DNA of 64,000 nt from Solirubrobacteraceae bacterium (GTDB lineage: Bacteria > Actinomycetota > Thermoleophilia > Solirubrobacterales > Solirubrobacteraceae): the NCBI GenBank assembly GCA_036561505.1, contig DATBPE010000176.1:1941-65940 (forward strand), in the 5' to 3' direction. This document shows, piece by piece, positions 1 to 9,521 of the stretch; position 1 is the stretch's first letter, and each line of letters opens with the position of its first letter. The translations under genes were made by a program, and so were the position numbers. The notes below the pieces were generated by a model, which was not told the origin of the DNA, searched no databases, and worked only from the letters and a program-made list of their open reading frames with translations.

Positions 1-491
1 TGCCACGGCCGCATGGGCGTCACCTGGACGGCCCGGAGCTAGAGCGGTTCGCGTGCGAGCTGGCGGCGCGCCCGGAACTGTGGATAGATCTGGTGAGCCA
101 CGACAGCCAGCAGCGCACCTACGAGGAGCTACTCAGCGACGAGCATCTCACCGCCTGGTTGATCTGCTGGTTGGACGACCAGGACACCGGCTTTCACGAC
201 CACGACATCTCAAGCGGGGCGGTCTGCGTGGTGGGCGGGCGTGTGCGTGAGCAGCGGCTGAGGATCGGCGGCCATTCCCAAGACCGCAACTTCGCGGTGG
301 GGGAGAGCTTTCACATCACTTCCTCAGATATTCATCGCGTCCGTCACGCCGGCGAAGGCCCAGCGGTTACTTTGCACGCCTACTCGCCGCCGCTGGAGCG
401 CATGGGGGCCTACATCATCGGCCAGGACGGCGTGCTCAGGCGCCAATCGGTCTCCCAGGAGGAGGAGCTGCGTCCGCTACAGAGGCAGTGA
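1..491 (+). CDS. Cysteine dioxygenase-like cupin protein, 5' end beyond the window edge
   Basis: The frame of ORF 93..491 stays open back to base 3 (PRPHGRHLDGPELERFACELAARPELW...). Motifs WLICW..QDTGFHDH, IHRV and TLHAYSPPL are typical of CDO type I. Confidence 0.8.
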   Translation, partial: PRPHGRHLDGPELERFACELAARPELWIDLVSHDSQQRTYEELLSDEHLTAWLICWLDDQDTGFHDHDISSGAVCVVGGRVREQRLRIGGHSQDRNFAVGESFHITSSDIHRVRHAGEGPAVTLHAYSPPLERMGAYIIGQDGVLRRQSVSQEEELRPLQRQ

Positions 492-612
492 GGTGATCTG
501 AGGGCTACCCGGGGCGTCCAATCCGCGTGCTCGTGCTGAGTATCCGTGTCCTACCGCCTTGTGGTGCTCGGAGTCCTAGACCAAGTCAGTGGGTAGCCCA
601 TACTGTGCATCC

Positions 613-2247
613 ATGGCCACGGCACGCTCTGCGGCTTCGGTGAAGCGTCTCACTCTGATCGCGTGCATCATGGGGTCGGGCATCGTTCTGCTCGACGGCA
701 CGGTCGTGAACGTCGCGCTGCCGACGATCCAGCGCGCTCTCGGCGGTGGGCTGGCGGCGCAGCAGTGGGTGGTCAACGGCTACCTGCTGACGCTCGGCTC
801 GCTGATCCTGATCGGCGGCTCACTGGGGGACCTGTTCGGGGAGCGGCGGGTGTTCGCGCTGGGGGTTTCGGGCTTCGGCGTAGCGTCGGCGATCTGTGCG
901 CTGGCGCCCAGTATCGGCGTGCTGGTGGCGGCGCGCGCCGTGCAGGGAGTCGCCGGTGCTCTGTTGGTGCCCAGCTCGCTGGCGGTGATCGTCAACACTT
1001 TTCCAGTGTCCGAGCGCGGGGGCGCCATCGGTAGCTGGACCGCGTGGGGTGCGATCGCCGGGGTACTCGGCCCGCTGGCCGGCGGGGAGCTCTTGGCGAT
1101 CGCCTCCTGGCGCTGGATCTTCCTGATGAACGTGCCACTGGCGATCCTGTGCGTGTCACTGATCCTGACAGTGATTCCGCCCAGCGCCCCACGAGAGGAG
1201 AAGGCGCGAACGATCGATGTGCCCGGGGCGCTGCTGTGCGCCGCCGGCCTTGGCGGCCCGGTGTTCGCGTTGATCGAGCAGCCGCGACTGGGATGGTCCA
1301 GCCCAGCGGTGATTCTGCCGCTGAGCGTCGGCATCGGGCTGCTGGCGTGCTTCACGCTATATGAGTCGCGCGCCAGGGACCCGATGCTGCCGCTGCGCCT
1401 GTTTGGCAAGCGCAACTTCTCGGCCGGGAACATCGAGACCTTCTCGATGTATGCGGGGCTATCGATCCTGTTCTTCTTCCTGGTGCTGTTCCTGCAGCAG
1501 ATAGGCGGCTACACGCCGCTGAAGAGCGGCCTTGCGACGCTGCCGGTGACGGTTGTGATGTTCGCCCTCTCGCGCCGCTTCGGAGCGCTTGCCGATCGCT
1601 TCGGACCACGCCTATTCATGGGCGCCGGCCCGCTGGTCGCGGCGGTGGGCCTGCTGCTGTTCCAGCGCGCGGGCGCACAGGTCGACTACCTCTCCGAAGT
1701 GCTCCCGCCACTGCTGATCTTCGCGCTTGGGCTCTCGATGACGGTGGCGCCGCTGACGGCGGCTGTGCTGGCGGGCTCAGAGCACGAGGCTGGCGTCGCC
1801 TCGGGTGTCAACAACGCGATTGCACGGGTCGCTGGCCTGTTGGGCACCGCGGCGGTGGGTGCGGCGATCTCCTCCTCGTTTGCCTCGGCCATAGACGATC
1901 GCCTATCGGGCACGCCGCTTACAAGCGCGGCGCGTCTAGCGGTAAGGGAAGCAAAGCGCCTACCGCTCGGGCGCCCAGACATCCACAACATGCCTGCGGC
2001 GCAGGCGCATGCGGTGAGTGTGGCGGCCGAATCGGCCTCGCTACACAGCTTTCACCTGGGCATGGCGATCGCGGCGGTGCTGGTGGCGATCGGCGGTCTG
2101 GTGGGCGTCCTCGGCATCCGCAATCCGCGCCGGGAGGCGATCCACGCCGAGAGCTGCGCGGGCGGTCAGTTTGTGGGCGCGAGCTCGGAGATCGACTGGC
2201 AGGACGTCCGCGAGACGACGGCTAGGCAAACGGGCTCCCCGGCGTAG
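613..2247 (+). CDS. MFS transporter, DHA2 (EmrB/QacA-like, 14 TMS)
   Basis: LDGTVVNVALPTI, WVVNGYLL, GSLGDLFGERR and GPLAGG motifs; many TM segments. ATG at 613 chosen over the ORF start at 589. Confidence 0.9.
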   Translation: MATARSAASVKRLTLIACIMGSGIVLLDGTVVNVALPTIQRALGGGLAAQQWVVNGYLLTLGSLILIGGSLGDLFGERRVFALGVSGFGVASAICALAPSIGVLVAARAVQGVAGALLVPSSLAVIVNTFPVSERGGAIGSWTAWGAIAGVLGPLAGGELLAIASWRWIFLMNVPLAILCVSLILTVIPPSAPREEKARTIDVPGALLCAAGLGGPVFALIEQPRLGWSSPAVILPLSVGIGLLACFTLYESRARDPMLPLRLFGKRNFSAGNIETFSMYAGLSILFFFLVLFLQQIGGYTPLKSGLATLPVTVVMFALSRRFGALADRFGPRLFMGAGPLVAAVGLLLFQRAGAQVDYLSEVLPPLLIFALGLSMTVAPLTAAVLAGSEHEAGVASGVNNAIARVAGLLGTAAVGAAISSSFASAIDDRLSGTPLTSAARLAVREAKRLPLGRPDIHNMPAAQAHAVSVAAESASLHSFHLGMAIAAVLVAIGGLVGVLGIRNPRREAIHAESCAGGQFVGASSEIDWQDVRETTARQTGSPA

Positions 2248-2266
2248 GCGTCCGCAGGCCGGGTTC

Positions 2267-3361
2267 TCAGTGCCATTCGGTGGTGCGCCAATTATCGCTT
2301 GGTGACTCCGGTGTGAGCCACGGCGGCATCGCCAGCTCGAGGCGCTCCGCCAGCGCGTTCACATAGGGCTCGTAGAACGCCCGCATGCGGGTCATCCGCT
2401 CCGCGATCACCTGCGGCTCGGCGCTCATCTGGACGCCGAGCGCGGTCAACTGGCCGATCAGTTCTTCAAGCTCCGCCGCCGGCAGACGCTCGAGTGACGG
2501 CGGGGTGGGGGAGACATGGAAGCTGTAGCTGAGGTCCGCGACGGCGTGACGGGCAATCGCGAAAGTGAAACGGGTTGCGTCGACCGTGCCCGCCGGGGCG
2601 GCAGCGATCGCAAACGCACAGGCGTCGAGCACGGTGCAGATCGCCGCCAGCCAGTTCTGGTTGACGTGCTGGGAGCGGAAATAGGCGAGCACCGGGTAGG
2701 CGAGGTGAGTCTCCATCAGCTCGGCCACCCACGGCTCCCAGCCGCCCAGGTAGCGGTTCAGTGCCGGCCAGCCCTCGTGGTCGGCGCTACGCAGCAGCAG
2801 ACGGCCGGCGCTCGGTGGTGAACCCGCGCGTGCATCCAGTTGGGAGACGGTCGCCTCGCGCCGCGAGAAGGCCTGGTAGAGAGAGGGCAGGTAGCCGATC
2901 ACGATCGCCAGCACCGCCAGCCCGCTGCCGGAGTCGATCACCTGGATGATCCGTGCGAACGTGGTCTGCGCCGTCAGGCTCGCGGGCCCGTCGGTGGTCA
3001 TCGTCGCGGCACTGAAGTAGAGGTCGTTGCCGAAGCTCACCGTCGCGTGCATCGGACCGAGATGCGAACCGGCCGCCCACTGTAGGCAGGCATAGCCAAA
3101 CATCATCGCGGCAACCCATAGCACGAGGTTCAGCAGCAGCCCGAACGGCCCGTAGATTCCGAGCATCGTGTCGGCTGCCTGCGCGGGCAGCAGGCGCGCA
3201 GCACGCCGCCAGGGAAGCCAGGCGTAGTTGAATACCGAGCGCACGATCGCCGGGTCGCGCTTGACCCGTCGCGGCAGCAAAAACGCCACGAAGATCTCGA
3301 CCAGCATCAGCAGGACGAGCGTGCCCCCGAGTAGCCCCACGAGAATCCGCATTCCCAGCAC
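2267..3361 (-). CDS. Ion-channel-like (Ion_trans_2 / 2TM) membrane protein with a degenerate filter
   Basis: TM - pore helix (DLYFSAATMTT) - TM layout, followed by YLPSLYQAFSRRE and ETHLAYPVLAYFRS motifs. Confidence 0.7.
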   Translation of the reverse strand: MLGMRILVGLLGGTLVLLMLVEIFVAFLLPRRVKRDPAIVRSVFNYAWLPWRRAARLLPAQAADTMLGIYGPFGLLLNLVLWVAAMMFGYACLQWAAGSHLGPMHATVSFGNDLYFSAATMTTDGPASLTAQTTFARIIQVIDSGSGLAVLAIVIGYLPSLYQAFSRREATVSQLDARAGSPPSAGRLLLRSADHEGWPALNRYLGGWEPWVAELMETHLAYPVLAYFRSQHVNQNWLAAICTVLDACAFAIAAAPAGTVDATRFTFAIARHAVADLSYSFHVSPTPPSLERLPAAELEELIGQLTALGVQMSAEPQVIAERMTRMRAFYEPYVNALAERLELAMPPWLTPESPSDNWRTTEWH

Positions 3362-3418
3362 GATATGGGACCCGCAAGCGGGACACCCGCCGTCCCCTGC
3401 GGCCGGGCGGGCGGCGGC

Positions 3419-3751
3419 TCAGCCGCCCGGACCCTCGGCGTAGTTGCGCATCGCCTCGATCACCGGTGCCAGCATCCGTCCCTTGTCGGTCAGCCGGTAC
3501 TCGACCGTCGGCGGGCTGGAGGGGATGACGTTGCGCGCCAGCAGCCCCGCGGCCTCCAGGTCACGCAGACGCTCGGAGAGCATCCGCGGCGAGATGCCGG
3601 CGACCGCGTCAGCGAACTCGTTGAAGCGCAGCGCCCCGGAAAGCGCCGCGTAGATGATCGATAGCTGCCAGCGCCGCTCCAGCAGGTCAGCGGTTCTGCG
3701 GACCTGCAGTGGAACGGGCTGGCATCTACGAGACTTGATGGGCGACATCAC
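3419..3751 (-). CDS. HxlR-family winged-helix transcriptional regulator
   Basis: DLLERRW, LRFNEF, ISPRMLSERLRDLE and PPTVEYRLT.KG motifs; overlaps the end of lon. Confidence 0.9.
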   Translation of the reverse strand: MMSPIKSRRCQPVPLQVRRTADLLERRWQLSIIYAALSGALRFNEFADAVAGISPRMLSERLRDLEAAGLLARNVIPSSPPTVEYRLTDKGRMLAPVIEAMRNYAEGPGG

Positions 3752-6227
3752 GGGTGGGCTCGAGTGCCCGATCGAGGACCTCCTGGACGGTCATCACCGG
3801 GTGGAAGGTCATCTGCTCACGGACCTCCTCGGGGATGTCGTCCAGATCGCCGCGGTTTCGCTCGGGCAGGATCACATCGGTGAGGCCGGCCGCGTGCGCG
3901 GCGAGGACCTTCTGCTTCAGGCCGCCGATCGGCAGCACCCGTCCCTGGAGGGTCACCTCTCCGGTCATCCCGACGGTGTGCTTGACGGGGCGACCGGAGA
4001 GCAGCGAGGCCATCGCGGTGACCATCGTCACGCCGGCGCTCGGCCCGTCCTTGGGGATCGCACCGGCAGGAACGTGCACGTGGAACTCCTGTCCTTCAAA
4101 GGCGCCTTCCTCGATCCCGATCTCCTCGGCGTGCCCGCGCACGTAGGAGAGGGCGATCTTGGCGGACTCCTTCATGACCTCCCCGAGCTGGCCGGTGAGC
4201 ACCAGGCCGGATGAGTTAGAGCCGCCACTTCGCATCGCGGTGGCCTCGACGAACAGCACGTCACCGCCGGTACCGGTCACCGCCAGACCTGTCGCGACAC
4301 CGGGTGTCGCGGTGCGCGAGGCGGACTCCTGGAAGAACTTCTGGCGTCCGAGCGCGTCGCGCACGGTCTCCTGATCGATCTTCACGGGGATCTCGATCGT
4401 CGCCCTGGCCTTTGCGGCCTTGGCCTTGCTCTTCTTGGCGGGCTTCTTGGGATCCTCGAGTGGGAGCTTGCCGTTGCTCTCGGCGGGGGACTTCTTTGAG
4501 TCCTTGCCGGGCGGCTTGGGCTGCTCGCCTGTCTGGTTTTGAGCCGAGGCGATCTTCGTGGCGGTCTTGCGCAGCAGTGTCCCAAGCTCGCGCTCGAGGC
4601 TGCGCACGCCGGCCTCGCGGGTGTACTCCGCGATGACGGTCCGCAGGACATCGTCGGGGATCTCGACCTCGCCCTCGCGCAGGCCGTTGCGGTCACGCTG
4701 GCGTGGCCACAGGTAGCCCTTCGCGATCGCGAGCTTCTCCTCTGAGGTGTAGCCGTCGAAGCGAATCACCTCCATGCGGTCCAGCAACGGACCGGGGATC
4801 GTGTCCGCGACGTTCGCGGTCGCTATGAACATCACCTGGCTGAGGTCGAGCTCGACGTCGAGGTAGTGATCGCGGAAGGAGTGGTTCTGCGCGGGGTCCA
4901 GGACCTCGAGCAGCGCCGCGGATGGATCTCCACGCCAGTCCGCGCCGACCTTGTCGACCTCGTCGAGCAGGATCACGGGGTTCATCGTCTTGGCGTCGCG
5001 CAGGGCCCTGACCAAGCGTCCTGGCAGGGCACCGATGTAGGTGCGCCGGTGCCCGCGGATCTCCGCCTCGTCGCGCACGCCGCCGAGGGACATGCGTACG
5101 AACTCACGGCCCAGGGCACGGGCGATCGACTCGCCGATCGAGGTCTTGCCGGTACCCGGGGGTCCGATCAGGGTCAGGATCGCACCGGACTTGGGGTCGG
5201 CCTCGATGCCGCGGTCCTGACGCAGCTTGCGCACCGCCAGGTACTCGGTGATGCGGTCCTTGACGTCTTCCAGTCCAGCGTGGTCGGCGTCCAGCACCGC
5301 CCGTGCGCCCACCGGGTCCAGGTGCTCCTCCGAGCGCTTGGACCATGGGACAGCGATCAGCCAGTCAAGGTAGGTGCGGATCATCGATGACTCGCCCGTC
5401 TGCTCGCCCATCCGCTCTAGGCGACCCAGCTCCTTGTGGGCCTGCTCGTTGACTTCCTCGGGCATCCCGGCGGCCTCGATCTTTGCGCGGTACTCCTCGA
5501 CGATCGAGCCCTCGTCCTCGTCGAGCTCCTTGCGGATCGACTCCATCTGCTTGCGCAGGAAGTACTCGCGCTGCTGCTTCTCAGCGCCCTCCTGCACGTC
5601 CTCGCGGATGCGCTTTCTGACCTGCAGCTCCGCGAGTGACTCGCGCTGCAGCTTGACCGCGAGCTCCAGACGGTCGGTGACGTCGGTCGTGCGCAGCAGC
5701 TGTACCTTCTGCTCGTAGGACAGGTTGGGGGAATAGCCGGCCGAGTCCGCCAGGGGGCCAGGCTCGACGATCGCCCGCAGGAACGCCGCGATCCGCCCGT
5801 CGTCGCCGCGAAGCTCGAGGATCTCCTCGACGATCGCGCGGTATTCGCGTTCGAGATCGCGCGTGCGCCCGTCGACGGGGACCTCGTCGGGACGCTCGTC
5901 GACCTCGACGCGTAGCTCGCCGTCGGGACCGGTCTGGGCGGCTCCGATCAGCGCGCGGTGCGCACCGGATAGAGCGACCGCGCGACCGCCGCCGGGCAGA
6001 CGCAGCCGGTCCTCGACCTCGGCGATCGTGCCGACCTCTAGAAACTCGTTCTCGTGTCGTGGGACGAGCACGACCCGCTCGTCCTCGCCGACCTCAACCG
6101 TGAGCGTTATGCCCATGTTGGGGAAGACGACCGTGTCGTCCATCGGGATCAGCCGCAGCAGCGGCCGGGAAGTCGGGGAAGACGGCCGATCGGCTGTCTG
6201 ATTGTTGTTCTCTGGAGATGAGGGCAT
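3726..6227 (-). CDS. lon: Lon protease (endopeptidase La)
   Basis: LON N-domain, Walker [10 protein letters not shown], Walker B ILLDEVDK, catalytic PKDGPSAG and PIGGLKQK motifs. Confidence 0.97.
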   Translation of the reverse strand: MPSSPENNNQTADRPSSPTSRPLLRLIPMDDTVVFPNMGITLTVEVGEDERVVLVPRHENEFLEVGTIAEVEDRLRLPGGGRAVALSGAHRALIGAAQTGPDGELRVEVDERPDEVPVDGRTRDLEREYRAIVEEILELRGDDGRIAAFLRAIVEPGPLADSAGYSPNLSYEQKVQLLRTTDVTDRLELAVKLQRESLAELQVRKRIREDVQEGAEKQQREYFLRKQMESIRKELDEDEGSIVEEYRAKIEAAGMPEEVNEQAHKELGRLERMGEQTGESSMIRTYLDWLIAVPWSKRSEEHLDPVGARAVLDADHAGLEDVKDRITEYLAVRKLRQDRGIEADPKSGAILTLIGPPGTGKTSIGESIARALGREFVRMSLGGVRDEAEIRGHRRTYIGALPGRLVRALRDAKTMNPVILLDEVDKVGADWRGDPSAALLEVLDPAQNHSFRDHYLDVELDLSQVMFIATANVADTIPGPLLDRMEVIRFDGYTSEEKLAIAKGYLWPRQRDRNGLREGEVEIPDDVLRTVIAEYTREAGVRSLERELGTLLRKTATKIASAQNQTGEQPKPPGKDSKKSPAESNGKLPLEDPKKPAKKSKAKAAKARATIEIPVKIDQETVRDALGRQKFFQESASRTATPGVATGLAVTGTGGDVLFVEATAMRSGGSNSSGLVLTGQLGEVMKESAKIALSYVRGHAEEIGIEEGAFEGQEFHVHVPAGAIPKDGPSAGVTMVTAMASLLSGRPVKHTVGMTGEVTLQGRVLPIGGLKQKVLAAHAAGLTDVILPERNRGDLDDIPEEVREQMTFHPVMTVQEVLDRALEPTRDVAHQVS

Positions 6228-6557
6228 CAGGTATACGCTCCATATGAGCTTACGAAAGTGTAGTTAGTATAGCCAAGATTGTTGCTGATGCAAGTACCTC
6301 TGTTGGTGGCTCGATTAGAGGACCGCCACACCGCGGACCGATCGAGGCAGGGGCGCGCGTTTTAGCCTCACGGATTGCTGTGCAGCAGCCAGCACCCGCC
6401 GGGTTTCCCGGGCAGGAGGAAAGGACGGTCCTACCTGCTGCTCCGACCCGTATGAAGCCTCCAGGACAGCGCCGGATGACCATGCCCGAGGACCGCGTCC
6501 CGGTCGGTGTCCACCGGACGGAATAAGCGCTGTCCATGGACCCATAAGCGAGATTTC

Positions 6558-9521
6558 TTGAGTCAAGCTTCATTCGAGCCTACGATCACCGAGCTGCTCG
6601 CCGCGGGGGAGCCCGACCTGGCTCGGGCGCGGGTGATCGAGTGGATCGCCGATCACGGTGAGTCCTTTAGTGCTCGTCAGCTGTATCAGGACTGGCTGAT
6701 CGCCGGCGGCGCCCCGGCGCTCCTACGCGCTGCACTGAAAGGATGGATCGACCTCCATGGCCGGCGTCCCGAGGCCAAGTTTCTCTACCGCGCTTGGCTT
6801 GACGGCGGCGGCGATCTCGAGCTCGTCAGGAGGCCAATAGAGAATTGGGTTGCTCTTCACGGTGAAGGCCCGGACGCCGGATTGGTCTACCAACCCTGGC
6901 TGCGGGCCGGCGGTGAGCTCGATCTCGTCAGAGAGCGCCTCACTGCCTTCCTCTGCCTCCATTGGAATGTGGCGGCGATCGATCTCGTCTACGGCGCCTG
7001 GCTGAAAGCCGGAGGTGAGCCGCAGCTGGTGAGGCGGCCACTGGAGAATTGGCTTGCCCGCGAAGGCCAGGATCAACCGGACACAAAGTTCCTGTTCACG
7101 GCCTGGCTTCACGGCGGTGGGGATCTCGAGCTCGTACGCGCGCCGATCGCCACCTGGGTCGCCAAGCGCGCTGAGGTAAAGGACACCAACTTCGTCTTCG
7201 AGGCATGGATCGCCCATGGCGGCGAGCTCGATCTCATCCGCGACCCGCTCAGGCGCTGGCTTGACCTTCACGGCCGTGAGCACGTCGACGCCGGGTTTTT
7301 GTATCGCGCGTGGCTGGAGGCCGGCGGCGAGCTCGATCTTCTCAGGGAGCCGCTTGTCCAATGGCTCGACCTCCACGCCGAGAACCCCGACGTTGGCATC
7401 GTCTACCGAGCCTGGCTCAGTGCCGGCCACGGCGAGCCGCAGCTCGTCCGCGGCGCGCTTGTGCGCTGGCTTCACCAGCACGCACACAGCGCCGGCGCGG
7501 AGCTCGTCTGCGGCGCCTGGCTGGAGGCCGGCGGCGAGCTCGATCTGGTCAAGAAGCCGCTTGCCCGGTGGCTCGCGAGCGACCACGAGGCGCCCGAGGA
7601 CTGCAGGGTCTACCACCTCTGGTTGAAAGCCGGCGGCAAGCTCGAGCTCGTACGAGAGCCGATTCGCCGCTGGCTTTCAGATCACGGCGATGAGCCACAG
7701 GCCCGGTTCATCTATGACGCCTGGCTCACGGCCGGGGGTGAACGCGAGCTGGTGCAAGCGTCCCTTGTGCGCTTCCTCCAGTGCAACGGCACACTCCCTC
7801 AGACCTGTTTCGTCTTCCGCGCCTGGCTGGCGGCGGGAGGCGAGCCGGATCTGATCGCAGAGGCGCTGTCGGGCTGGCTTTCAGAGCACGGCGCCACCGA
7901 GCCAGAAACGACATTCGTTTTCTGCGGCTGGCTGGCCGCCGGCGGCGCACTGCAGCACATCAGGGAGCCGATCCTGGCGTGGATGAACGTACACGCGCAG
8001 ATCAAGGACACGAGCTTCGTCTTTGCGGCCTGGCTTGACGGGGGCGGCGAGCTCGAGCTGATCAGAGCACCGATCGTGCGCTGGCTCGCCAAGCACGCGT
8101 TGGCGGCGCAGGCGCGGTTCGTCTTTCGGGCGTGGCTTGACGCACGCGGTGAGGTGCAGTTCGTGCGCGAGCAGATCATTGCCTGGCTTGGGCGCCACTC
8201 CGACCAAAGCGCCGTCAACCACCTCTGCCGGGCCTGGCTTGACGGGGGCGGCGAGCTCGATCCTGTCAGGCGACTACTCCCCGGTTGGCTGCAGAAGCAC
8301 GCACAGCTCCCCGAGGCACAGTTCCTCTACTGCTCCTGGCTTTCAGCCGGGGGGGAGCGCGCGATCATCGCCAAGGCACTCGTCGCCTGGCTTTCGGTGC
8401 ATGCCCCCGAGATGGCCGCCGGCAACGTCTACCGAGCATGGCTTGACTCGGGCGGGCGCCACGAGGTCATCCGCCCGGGACTCGAGCGCTGGCTCCAGAC
8501 CCCCGCCGCCGTGGACAAGACCGCGCTGTACATATACCGGTCGTGGCTTCACAGCGGCGGCGATCGGGAGCTGGTAAGCGGACCGCTGAGCGCATGGTGT
8601 GCGGCCAATACCGCCGCCGGTGCAGCCCAGTTCGTGTTTGGGTCCTGGCTTTCAGCCGGCGGCGCACCCGCTCACATCCGTGCGCCATTTGGCCGCTGGC
8701 TTGCGGTCTTTGCCCGCCGCCAGCACGCCGGATCGATGCTGCGCGGCTGGCTCGACCACGACGGAGACCTCGAACTGGTGCGTGCGCCGATCGCGCTCTG
8801 GCTAGAGCACAACGGCCTCTGGGTTGGCGCCCAGTTCATCTTCCGCTCCTGGCTTTCGGCCGGCGGTGAGCTCGATTTTCTGCGCCAGCCGGTCGCCCGC
8901 TGGCTCGAGCAGAACAGCCGCACGCTAAACGCCCACTACTTCTTCGGGACCTGGCTCTCTGGCGGCGGTGAGCTCGATCTGCTCGCCCCGGCGCTCGTCG
9001 CCTGGTGCGCCGTGCACGCCCAACACGAGCAGGCCAGCTTCGTCTACCAAGCCTGGTTGCGCCACGACGGGGACCCGGCGCTCGTCAGAGAGCCGATGCT
9101 TGGCTGGCTGGCCGTTCGCGGGCGCAAACGTATCGCCAGCTGTGTCATTTGCGCCTGGCTGAACCGCGGCGGCGACCAGGAGCCGGTAGAAGAGCCGATC
9201 CGCCGCTGGCTCGCCGCCCAGGGTCACACACCACAGGCCAGTTTCCTCTTTCGAGCATGGCTCGACAGTGGCCGCGATCTCGAGGTCATACGCCCGCCGA
9301 TTCGCCGCTGGCTGACGTGCAAACCATGGCCTGAGGCGGTCAAGGCGGTGTACGAATCGTGGCTTGCCGCCGGCGGTGAGCTCGAGCGGCTGCGGGCGCC
9401 CGCGACCCGCCCGATCAATCAGAGACGCGGCTTCACCCCCACCCGCACGCAGACGAGGGGCTCACAGCGGCCGCCCGGCCTGGCCTGCGCACACGGGAGC
9501 ACAGTTGATCGCCACCTTTGA
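6558..9521 (+). CDS. Trp-rich 34/35-aa tandem helical repeat protein 1 (cap + 26.5 repeats), unknown function
   Basis: Repeat consensus AxFvYxAWLxAGGELELVREPIxxWLxxHxxxxx, counted by hand. TTG start at 6558 chosen because SFEPTITELLAAGE aligns with the N-termini of the two paralogs; the ORF is open from 6507. Confidence 0.9.
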   Translation: MSQASFEPTITELLAAGEPDLARARVIEWIADHGESFSARQLYQDWLIAGGAPALLRAALKGWIDLHGRRPEAKFLYRAWLDGGGDLELVRRPIENWVALHGEGPDAGLVYQPWLRAGGELDLVRERLTAFLCLHWNVAAIDLVYGAWLKAGGEPQLVRRPLENWLAREGQDQPDTKFLFTAWLHGGGDLELVRAPIATWVAKRAEVKDTNFVFEAWIAHGGELDLIRDPLRRWLDLHGREHVDAGFLYRAWLEAGGELDLLREPLVQWLDLHAENPDVGIVYRAWLSAGHGEPQLVRGALVRWLHQHAHSAGAELVCGAWLEAGGELDLVKKPLARWLASDHEAPEDCRVYHLWLKAGGKLELVREPIRRWLSDHGDEPQARFIYDAWLTAGGERELVQASLVRFLQCNGTLPQTCFVFRAWLAAGGEPDLIAEALSGWLSEHGATEPETTFVFCGWLAAGGALQHIREPILAWMNVHAQIKDTSFVFAAWLDGGGELELIRAPIVRWLAKHALAAQARFVFRAWLDARGEVQFVREQIIAWLGRHSDQSAVNHLCRAWLDGGGELDPVRRLLPGWLQKHAQLPEAQFLYCSWLSAGGERAIIAKALVAWLSVHAPEMAAGNVYRAWLDSGGRHEVIRPGLERWLQTPAAVDKTALYIYRSWLHSGGDRELVSGPLSAWCAANTAAGAAQFVFGSWLSAGGAPAHIRAPFGRWLAVFARRQHAGSMLRGWLDHDGDLELVRAPIALWLEHNGLWVGAQFIFRSWLSAGGELDFLRQPVARWLEQNSRTLNAHYFFGTWLSGGGELDLLAPALVAWCAVHAQHEQASFVYQAWLRHDGDPALVREPMLGWLAVRGRKRIASCVICAWLNRGGDQEPVEEPIRRWLAAQGHTPQASFLFRAWLDSGRDLEVIRPPIRRWLTCKPWPEAVKAVYESWLAAGGELERLRAPATRPINQRRGFTPTRTQTRGSQRPPGLACAHGSTVDRHL

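Noticed and set aside
6555-6570. CTTGAGTCAAG palindrome as an HspR (HAIR) operator for lon
   Set aside because: HAIR is CTTGAGT-N7-ACTCAAG. Only one half-site is present, and it overlaps the proposed start of repeat gene 1, about 330 bp from lon.
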